Shown here in pieces: positions 36,802 to 46,000 of a stretch of DNA of 64,000 bases. The notes beneath the pieces were generated by a model, which made no database searches, was not told where the DNA came from, and saw nothing but the letters and a program-made list of their open reading frames with translations. The position numbers were made by a program, and so were the translations under genes. The DNA comes from Schmidtea nova (lineage: Eukaryota), in NCBI GenBank assembly GCA_044892505.1, contig CM097883.1, positions 290,346,001 to 290,410,000 on the forward strand, read 5' to 3'. Position 1 is the stretch's first letter; each line of letters starts with the position of its first letter.

Positions 36802-36969
36802 GAGGCCAATGAGCCATATTGAATGACCTAGCTAGGCGTTATGAGAGATTAAATTGAGGCCAATAGAGCCATTTGAGAGATTAAATTGAGGCCAATAGAG
36901 CCATTTGAGAGAATAAAATAAGGCCAATAGAGCCATGTGAGATATAAAATTGAGGCCAAAAGAGCCATA
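36801..36969 (+). repeat. ~32-bp repeat array carrying GGCCAAT boxes
   Basis: GAGAGATTAAATTGAGGCCAATAGAGCCATTT x4 from 36843 plus one partial copy at 36801. Confidence 0.9.
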
Positions 36970-37577
36970 GTGGATTACAGAGATATCCGGATAAATAGTA
37001 ACAGAGGGAATATAGACCCATAGTGTAATCGTCGACGAGATTTAGAATAGTGCGCACTAGTAGTTAAGAAATGCGAGTAAAGCTGATTATGCAACCTTAA
37101 ATAAAGCATGCAAGGAGAATAATAAAAATTCGAGCTGACCGGAGCAACCGACAGAATGAGTAAAACGATTGCTAGCAGGGAATAATGAATAAAGATGATA
37201 AAATAATGATAAACGAGTCAGAAAGACTCAGGGAATTAGAGCGCTCGAGCGACCAATAAATTGGGAAACTGTGGGAAAAGTAATGGATTTGATAAAACAT
37301 AGATAATTATTACGACATAAATAGATAATTGTGACCAGTCTATAGATAATTTAAATAGACTAAAAATAAAGGGGAATCTGGGAAGGGGAAATAATGAAAA
37401 CCCAGTAATAAGTAATCCCGAAAGAAAGGGAATAAAAGCGCGACGATAACAATAAGGTATCGTTGAGGACCTTTGTATTTTAGATATACAAATCAATCAA
37501 ATCAATCAAGCAACAAGAAGAATCAGAAAAACGATAATAGATAGGACAAGAAAATTGATAATATAAAAGTAATCCAG

Positions 37578-40500
37578 TTGAGAAAAGGAGCAAAGAGTGT
37601 CGCAATAAAGCCAACAAAAAAGCAGAAAGCCGGCAAAGATAACCACAAAAACCCACAAGGGAGTAAAGCGAGGAAAATAATAAGAGATAAATCAATTATC
37701 GAAAACGATAAATTGTCAGTAGTAAGCAACAGCTCAAGTAACAAAGAAAACCAAGCGGAACCCAAGGAGAACCAAACAAGCGAAATAGAAAGCGACGAAA
37801 CTAACAACGATAATATCGAAGAAGTAGAAAACGAGGTAGAACCAGAGGTAGAAACCAACGAGAGTGATAACGAAAGTATAATATCAGATAACATAGTAAT
37901 AAGAGAAACTGAAAGCGATTCAAGCTCGAGTGAAACAGAAGACGAACACAACAACGAATTAGAAACAAGAAGAAACGAAAGGAAAATAACTCAAGACAGC
38001 GGAATTGAAATGAGTGAACCAAGAGAAGAAATAAAGGATAAATTCCCAGGAGAACCATTCAACGGAGATGCGAGTAAATTAGAAATTTTTCTAAAGGAAT
38101 TTGGCATATTCGTGGAAGTATGCAAATGGAAAGCTGAGACAACAGCAAGTAGAATACAGTTATATTTGAAAGATAGCGCATTGGACCTATATTTGGAAGC
38201 AAAAAACGGTACCAATCCACCTACAAGCTGGACAGCGATAAAGGATTTTTTCCAACAAACATTTGGAATAAATAAAGTGCTGAGCGAGGCATTCATAGAA
38301 TTCTCAATGAGGAAACAAAAGATGAATGAATCTAATGCGGTATACGCGAGCGAACTGAAAAAATTAGCAAAATCGGTATTCAAGGATGGAGGTCCAATAA
38401 ACGAGGAGTTAATGGCAGCTATCTTCATAGGAGGACTAAGAAGACCCGACATAAGAGCGCAAGTAGGATGTCAAGGATGCAAAACCATAGATCAAGCGTT
38501 AGAAACAGCTAACCGATTTGAATTGCATATGATAGGGAGCGAAGGCAGAATTTATTTAGCCATGGACACAGCGCAAACCGAACCAGAAATAAATCTCAAC
38601 AATCACATTCCAAATTCGCAACAATTAAACCGACCACCCCCTCAACGAAGGAATGAAGGAAATAAAGCGCAGAACTTTGAAAGCCAAAACAATTACAACC
38701 CTCCAAGACAAACAAAACAATGTAAAACATGCGGGAAGTTAGGACACTGGCAGCAAGAATGCTATCAAAATTTGAATTGCGGAAAATGTGGAGTTAAAGG
38801 ACACTCGGAAAGCAGATGTTCTACAATAATCTGTTTTAATTGCGGACGACCTGGTCACTATTCAAGAAATTGCGGACAAAAAAGTAATCAGCGAGGAAAC
38901 TGGCAGAGTAATGGGAACCGACCAAATTACGGAAATCAAGCAAATACCGTAAACCGACCAGATTATGGAAACCAACAAAACAACAATAACAATAATCAGA
39001 ACAAAACCACCCCCAAAGAAATTCATTTGATGCAAGAAGTTCAAAGGTTGACGGAACTCATAAACAATACGACGAGAGGAAATCCGCAAACCAATCAACA
39101 ACAAATTAGCATGATGAGAAAAATAGAAAGCGAAAACGAACGATTGAATCGAGAAAGTAAAGCACGACACGCTCAGGAATGGGCAAGAATACAAAGAGAG
39201 GATGAACAAAAACAGCAAGAAAGAGAACGACAACCTCTAAGAATTAACATGCTAAGAGCAACAAACCAAACAGACACTCGCGAGAAAGAAATCACACTGG
39301 AAATGAATTCGATAGACCCGAATCCAGCCGACAACGAAAGTCGAAAAGAAATAGTACAAAAAGATGAAGAAGTAGAAAAAGAAGCAGAAAAGGGAGTGGA
39401 AACCGAGATAAACCAGGAAGAGAGGAAAGAGATTTGGAAAAAAGGAATGATGGTAATCATGCCCAACGACCATATGTTTCGATTCCAATATAACGCAAAA
39501 GAAGAAGTGAAAGTATTATTCAACAAAGTAAACCAGATGATTCCAGGAGTAACGAAGCTGCCCAGAGAAGCGTTCTTACAAATAGAGGGTGCACCATCAG
39601 TAAAATTGAAATTAACGGATATATGGGAAAACATGGGAGTAGTAGAAACAAAAAGAAATGTGATGAGAATTAAAGAAATAGAACCAGAAGAAATTCCACC
39701 ACCAATACGTCACGAAACCCGAATCCGGCGAATATTTGAAGGAAAAATGATAAGAAGACGTTTAAAAGAGATAGACGAGTTGGGAAAGAAAATGGAAAAA
39801 GTCGAAGTAATAGAGGACAAGAGTGAACCAACACCAGAAATTGACAAAAACGAACCAGAACCAACGGAGAATATACAAGGAGAAACGAACCAAATAGCAC
39901 ATATTAATATGCTAAGAAATACCACCAGAGAGTTTTCCGATGAAGAAGAAGATAGTGACATCAGTAGCCTAGCAGGAGACATATTAAATGAATCCGAAGA
40001 CGAAAATAAAGAAAGAGAAGTAATAAAGACCTCAGAACCTACACAGATAAAAGTAGATGAAATCCAGAAATTACTAGATAACTCGCTAGAAGTAATATAT
40101 AACGAAGAATTCATGGACAAGAAACAACATCGGAAATTCATGAAAGCATTACTACAAATGAACTACAAAGAATGGTTACAAGAACGGGAGGTAGACATGT
40201 TGAATCGATACGTAGGGAAATTAATAGAGGAACCACTCCTCAATTACACCATCTCAATAATAATAAATACATCTACACCAAGAATCTGGATCAAAACTCC
40301 ATTTACAGACGATATCTACAGATGGGTAGAGGATAGACTAGGGAGCTCATACAAAAACAAATTCATCTATTCGCAGAATAGACTCGTAAAGAAAAGAACG
40401 CACTTAGTAGAAACAGGTATATGGCCAGGAGAAATAACTCTGTTATCAATATGCGATGAAAAGGAAGAAGAGAACCTACAAGAAGTTGCAAGGGAGGCAA

Positions 40501-43007
40501 ACACGTGCTTCGAAAGGAGAATAAAACCTCGGTTAGAATACGAGAAAGAACGAGTCTTACGAAAGAATCTGAATTCCCTGATAGAGCAAATCATACCACA
40601 AGTCAAAAAACATAGAAAGGAGTTAATGAGAAGCGAATACGAGAAATTGAAACAATGTATTGAGTGCATACGTGACACAAGTCACACGAGATGGTCACAA
40701 ATCTCACACGACAAATTAATCGCAAAAATGGGAAAAACAATGTTCAGACAAGGGAAAATAACAGACCTAAAAATTTCAGTGGAATTGCCTAATGAAGACA
40801 CCAAAGAAATTGAAGTAGTAGCGGATTGCACCATTAAAGAATTAATAAATGTCATCAACGAGACACTAGTGCAAAGAGAACCAGAAGACGAATGGGAAGA
40901 CGACATAATCATACAATATAACGAACATGTATTATGGGATCACGATGAAAGACGACTATATAAAATCGGTATATGGGATAATCACCAAACCATCCACGTT
41001 ATCAGAATGGACGATACACCCAGAGAAACTGCTAAAGATGAGAAAAGAGAACGGGAACGACGGAAAGAAGTTGTGCGCAAATTACAACAAATAGTAGACA
41101 TCTATCGAAATTGGCGAATTTGGCCAGAGTGGGAAAATGTATTAGAAGAACTCAATCTCAACAGACGAAGACGAACACCCGTAGAAAAACAATGGAACGA
41201 GAAAGGAAAATGTTGGGTACCAAAGGAAGGGGAATATGAAGAAGAATATGAAAGAGGAATGGAAGATGACTGCGAACCAGAAATGAGAAGGGTTTGCATG
41301 GTGACAAGGAAAGCTACGCCAATAGACCTAGATGGACCAGAAACAGCGGCTATATGGGTAGAAAAGGAAAAGCAAAAAACGGAAGAATTTGTCGAAATAT
41401 TAAAAACTAATGCGCACGGTAAGAGAAAAATAATAAAAGGTCTCGCAGATTTTTTCGTGGTTAATGGAGAAGATATAACATGCTTGCGTAAAGTGGCAAA
41501 GGCAATCGCAGAATATAAAAGAGTTAACGAGTGGTGCCCGGAACAACTAGACCACGTAATTAGGAAATGGAGAAATCAGGAATTCTCGCAGGAAATTCCA
41601 CAAAAAGTGCATTTAAGAATAATATATCCAAACAAGGATAAGGAAGAATTGTGGGTAGGAATAGCAGAAAAAATTCGAGATATTAAAAAGAAATTGAGAT
41701 ACGAACCACCATTCCATTTACAACACCAAGGACGATCATTAAATAACAGTTTGGAAATCGGAATAACGCCAGCACAACTAGATCTCATGAATACCTTGAC
41801 AGTAGAAGCAATAGCAGGTCAACCATTGAAACGCAAAGAAGAAAACCATAAACCACACGGAAGTATAAGTACGCCGAGCCCGATGAAATCAGTACTAACA
41901 CCAGGGACAAGTTCAAGACGATCTGAGACAACACCCAGAGGGAATAGAGAAATGACTCCACCACAACCATACGACGTGGACGAAATTTTAACGGATAGCG
42001 ACGATATGATAGAAGAATTAACCGAATTAACAAAAGAAAAAGACGAGAACATTTTCGAAAGAATACAAGAATTACCTACGACAATACAAGTAACCAACAC
42101 CGGAGAAACAGAAGTCGAAGAAGAAATAATAATAGAAGAAATAAACGATTTGATAGAAGACGAAGCGAGAGGGACGAATGTCGAAAATGTACAATTAACC
42201 CAAGAAATGGAAAGATGGTTAGAAGAAAGAGCTAACGAACCAAGAGATGTCACGGAAGAAACAGGACGAGCAACAAGATTTGTGGAAACGGGTACAGGAA
42301 TGGATAGACGACCTCGAGGTAGACCCAAGACAGATCCGGCAAATGTAGTCATCAGAAATAAGGATGAAAAGAGACAAGATCAATGGGAAGTATGTTTAAA
42401 GAAATTAAATAAAATCGCGGAGATAAAAGAAAAAGAGACAACACCAATACGTCAAGGTGAGGAATGGATATCGAAAACAATAATGGAAATATTGGCAATA
42501 ATTGATCCGGAATTGAAAAAATACTGGCGTATAACTGAGATAAGCGAAAAGGCGAAGTCATTGCACAGCGCAATTGCACCCATCTTACCGGAATTCATAA
42601 AAGAAAAGACGAAGTCAAATCATTTAGACTGGCAAGGAACCACTACGTTAATAAAGAAATTGACAGAAGGAGCGGAAACAGATAACAAATACGTGATAGC
42701 CATTGCATACACCATCTACAACCTACTAACACTGAGTAGAGGTCGACCAAAACCCACTGCGTTGGAAAGACACATAAAAAATACCGCAAAAATTATAGCC
42801 AGAGAAATAGAACCATACATCATTAACAAAGGAGGATGGGAAACATTTATAAAAACTAACCAGAAGAAAACACAAGCCAAGAATATGAAAAAAGAAATTC
42901 GAAAAAATATTGGAAGAGTTAGGAAAAGAACAAGCAGGAACAAGAAACGCGAAGTCATCAATGAATTTGAGTTCTATAATAATGATGATGTTGATATGGA
43001 TGATTAG
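37578..43007 (+). CDS. gag: Extended Gag polyprotein (capsid, 3 x CCHC knuckle, 2-3 ubiquitin-like folds, AT-hook, Bcl-2-like C-terminus)
   Basis: PFNGDASKLEIFLKEF..W...IQLYLKDSALDLY capsid motif; CX2CX4HX4C x3 at 38721-38873; frame open from 37545, first ATG at 38010. Confidence 0.9.
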   Translation: MRKGAKSVAIKPTKKQKAGKDNHKNPQGSKARKIIRDKSIIENDKLSVVSNSSSNKENQAEPKENQTSEIESDETNNDNIEEVENEVEPEVETNESDNESIISDNIVIRETESDSSSSETEDEHNNELETRRNERKITQDSGIEMSEPREEIKDKFPGEPFNGDASKLEIFLKEFGIFVEVCKWKAETTASRIQLYLKDSALDLYLEAKNGTNPPTSWTAIKDFFQQTFGINKVLSEAFIEFSMRKQKMNESNAVYASELKKLAKSVFKDGGPINEELMAAIFIGGLRRPDIRAQVGCQGCKTIDQALETANRFELHMIGSEGRIYLAMDTAQTEPEINLNNHIPNSQQLNRPPPQRRNEGNKAQNFESQNNYNPPRQTKQCKTCGKLGHWQQECYQNLNCGKCGVKGHSESRCSTIICFNCGRPGHYSRNCGQKSNQRGNWQSNGNRPNYGNQANTVNRPDYGNQQNNNNNNQNKTTPKEIHLMQEVQRLTELINNTTRGNPQTNQQQISMMRKIESENERLNRESKARHAQEWARIQREDEQKQQERERQPLRINMLRATNQTDTREKEITLEMNSIDPNPADNESRKEIVQKDEEVEKEAEKGVETEINQEERKEIWKKGMMVIMPNDHMFRFQYNAKEEVKVLFNKVNQMIPGVTKLPREAFLQIEGAPSVKLKLTDIWENMGVVETKRNVMRIKEIEPEEIPPPIRHETRIRRIFEGKMIRRRLKEIDELGKKMEKVEVIEDKSEPTPEIDKNEPEPTENIQGETNQIAHINMLRNTTREFSDEEEDSDISSLAGDILNESEDENKEREVIKTSEPTQIKVDEIQKLLDNSLEVIYNEEFMDKKQHRKFMKALLQMNYKEWLQEREVDMLNRYVGKLIEEPLLNYTISIIINTSTPRIWIKTPFTDDIYRWVEDRLGSSYKNKFIYSQNRLVKKRTHLVETGIWPGEITLLSICDEKEEENLQEVAREANTCFERRIKPRLEYEKERVLRKNLNSLIEQIIPQVKKHRKELMRSEYEKLKQCIECIRDTSHTRWSQISHDKLIAKMGKTMFRQGKITDLKISVELPNEDTKEIEVVADCTIKELINVINETLVQREPEDEWEDDIIIQYNEHVLWDHDERRLYKIGIWDNHQTIHVIRMDDTPRETAKDEKRERERRKEVVRKLQQIVDIYRNWRIWPEWENVLEELNLNRRRRTPVEKQWNEKGKCWVPKEGEYEEEYERGMEDDCEPEMRRVCMVTRKATPIDLDGPETAAIWVEKEKQKTEEFVEILKTNAHGKRKIIKGLADFFVVNGEDITCLRKVAKAIAEYKRVNEWCPEQLDHVIRKWRNQEFSQEIPQKVHLRIIYPNKDKEELWVGIAEKIRDIKKKLRYEPPFHLQHQGRSLNNSLEIGITPAQLDLMNTLTVEAIAGQPLKRKEENHKPHGSISTPSPMKSVLTPGTSSRRSETTPRGNREMTPPQPYDVDEILTDSDDMIEELTELTKEKDENIFERIQELPTTIQVTNTGETEVEEEIIIEEINDLIEDEARGTNVENVQLTQEMERWLEERANEPRDVTEETGRATRFVETGTGMDRRPRGRPKTDPANVVIRNKDEKRQDQWEVCLKKLNKIAEIKEKETTPIRQGEEWISKTIMEILAIIDPELKKYWRITEISEKAKSLHSAIAPILPEFIKEKTKSNHLDWQGTTTLIKKLTEGAETDNKYVIAIAYTIYNLLTLSRGRPKPTALERHIKNTAKIIAREIEPYIINKGGWETFIKTNQKKTQAKNMKKEIRKNIGRVRKRTSRNKKREVINEFEFYNNDDVDMDD

Positions 43008-46000
43008 CACCGATAGCGCAACAGCGTTCGAAGTGTTTGATTGCGACCAAATGAAGTTAGGAGAAAAGTATTCATTGAGAGGCACGGAGCAATGCAAAGA
43101 TGCAACTCCAGTAGAGTTGCAAAAGATTAAAAAGGAACAATGGTACCACGTGTATCAAGAAGCAGAACTCATAAAGACAATGGTGAATGAATGTAAGGTG
43201 CAGAAGACGAGATTCGCATTCTACTGCGGGAGAGGACATTATTCAGCAATTGTCATGCCAGGAACGGAAAGAGAACCAATCGTGTTACAAGGAGAGGACT
43301 GCGAAGCACTGTTTAAACATGGAGAAGTAACAACAAGAGATAAAATCAAGATAAAAGGAAAGCCAGGAATGATGATGCAACAGACGTACTATGTAGCAGG
43401 ACGGATTACGGGAGGAGAAGGATATTGTCAAGGAGAAACCTACCCGATGTTCGGAACACTCGCAACCAACTTAGTGGTGATGGATACGTATATAGTCGAA
43501 CTAAAAAGCTATGAAGCATTCTTCGAACCCACAACGGGAGAAATGAAAACGTTATCCATGTGTAAAATCGACAGGACCATGTGTCAAACGGGAATGTCAA
43601 CATTAGTGTACAAACCAAAGGTGAACGAATGTCAATTACAACTGCTACAAGGAGCAAAGTTCGACGAAATCCAAGGAAAAACGTTCCAGGAAGAAGACGA
43701 TGACGACAAAGCTAGAGCAAAGCATCTCAAGGAAGCTTTAGAGAATAAAAGACAACTGAAACCAGATCATAGAGAAAAACGGATAGAGATGAGAGCCACA
43801 CCAACAGTGTTGATAACCACAAATCAGGATGTGGGAATGAGGTTCATAAAAGGGAAAGCAACCCTTAAGTGTAGTACAACGGTATACGAAACGAATTATC
43901 CAGGAATATATGTGTCAAAACAAGAAGTGCCAAATGCGAAACCCAAAATCGACACAATGGATATCAAACTACACCTATATGTGAATAATAAAATGGATTT
44001 CCTATTCCATAGAGGACAAGCCTCATTACAAAAAGTGTACTACGATCTGATAAACAATGATTGTATATTGAATCGAGAAATATTAAAGACAAAGTTGGCC
44101 GTAGCAATTACGAATCCAGATAGCGCGATGCCATTATTACCACTGAGAGAAGGACATTTCGGAAGAGTGGTTGGAGAAGCAATGTATGTATACATTTGTG
44201 AAAAGACACACGCATCGCTAGCAGCAACAACACAGTTGAAACCTGGAACCTGTACAAATGAGTTAGAAATCGACTACAAAGGAAAAGTACGATACGTTCA
44301 ACCAGTGACGAGAATCATCAATCCACCAGGGTTTGAACCAAATCCATTCAACTGTAGTAATGCGTATGGACCACTTTATCAGAAACCAGATGGTAAATGG
44401 GTTATGTTCCCAGGAAGATCCGAAGTGATAGCACCAAGAGAATTCGAGCTAATGCAGTTGTCAAAGGATAGGCAATTCAGCGACGTAGATGTCTCAAACA
44501 ACGGAATATATAGTCCAAAGGATTTAGAAGCAGCAAGGCAGAATATATTATTTCCAGCGAGAAGAGAAGCATTACTGTCAAATATCGTAACGATAACGGG
44601 AGGAACGGATTATCGAGAAGGACCGAATTACGAACTGTTGTTGTCACCAGCACATTTCAAGAAAGCCACGGAAAATATGATGAAAGCCATGTGGGGAAGA
44701 TTCCTGATATTTGGACAAATGATGGCGGGAATACTGGGGGTCATATTAATAATCCAAATCGTCAGAGTAATAATAACGCAAATGTTAGCGTGTTTCGATA
44801 TATACAAGAGGGAAAAGAAAGTGAATTGGAAAATGGTAGTAGGGTTTTTACCATTCCTTGCGAAAACAATGGTGTTGCATGGACACTCAAAAGATATCCA
44901 CCGAATAAAAAGACTCCTAAAGATACTAGCAAAAATGAAGGGAACAGATGAAGAAGTAGGACGAAAATTTAAAAAGATAATGAATGACGAACAAGCAAGA
45001 CAACAGCTCAAGAGAGAAAGAAAAGGTTTATGGGAGAGGGTGAAAGGATATAAAACCCAAAATGATTCGAGCGACGACGATGATGACGACGACGACTATA
45101 AGGGAGGACAAGTGTACAAGAACCAAGCACCACGATACATCGAAAAGAATCCAGCCGACGCATGGAAATGTTACGCACCTCCGCCAACAATGTATCAAGA
45201 ACCACTACAAGGAGAAAAAAATAGCACGATGCAAATGATGCCAATGACAAATGTATACCCCATGATACCAGAAGATTATAAAATGAGAAGATGTAGAAGT
45301 GTAGATCCACAAGGAGACGCACATACAATCGCCGTAATGTCATCAAACACAGGTCCAGTACTAACCACGACAATAGAGATTAACGGAAGAGAAATCGAAG
45401 CAATGATCGACACTGGAGCAAACATTTCCGCCATCGACATCAAATGGATACCACAGGAGCAAAGACGAGAAATAGAAAGGACAAACGTCCATGTAATTGC
45501 ATGTAGCAAAGAAGTTGTAGAAGTAGCAGGAAGATGGTGGGTAAAAATACGCCACTTAAATACAGAAATCGATACGTACGTAGCAGTCATACCAGCATTA
45601 AGCGTACCTTGCATTATCGGAACAGATTTGATGCCAGCGTTATTTAAAGAAATCGTAATCGATCTCGGAACAATGAGATTAAAGGATCGCACCGGACAAA
45701 TATGCGCAATAGAAGCCAAAGTAACGAGTTCAAAGCAAATGATAATACCGGCAAGAAAGGAAAAAATATGTTACGTAAAAATAGATCCGACAATCCAAGG
45801 CGATATGATTTTCGAACCAAGTAAGAGATTCGAGAAAAGAAAAGCGTTGCCAATGGCAAGAGGACTAGTCAACATAAACAATAATGGGGAAATCCCAATA
45901 AACGTAGTAAATTTCGACGAGGAGGACAAGATAATATACGAAAACGAAAGATTAGGTAAATTAACCCCAATGATGGATATCGAACTACCAATAGCAGGGG

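Noticed and set aside
41370-41590. Possible death-fold (CARD/DD) domain in Gag (EFVEILKT...HVIRKW)
   Set aside because: Resemblance limited to a few residues; cannot be supported without a profile or structure search
42889-43007. Classical -1 ribosomal frameshift from gag to pol
   Set aside because: ORF2 is in the +1 frame; GUU-AGG-A and GAU-UAG-C are only weak +1 candidates, and ORF2 has its own AUG and signal peptide
45160-45200. APPPTMY as a PPxY late domain in the Env tail
   Set aside because: Does not match PPxY or P(T/S)AP exactly
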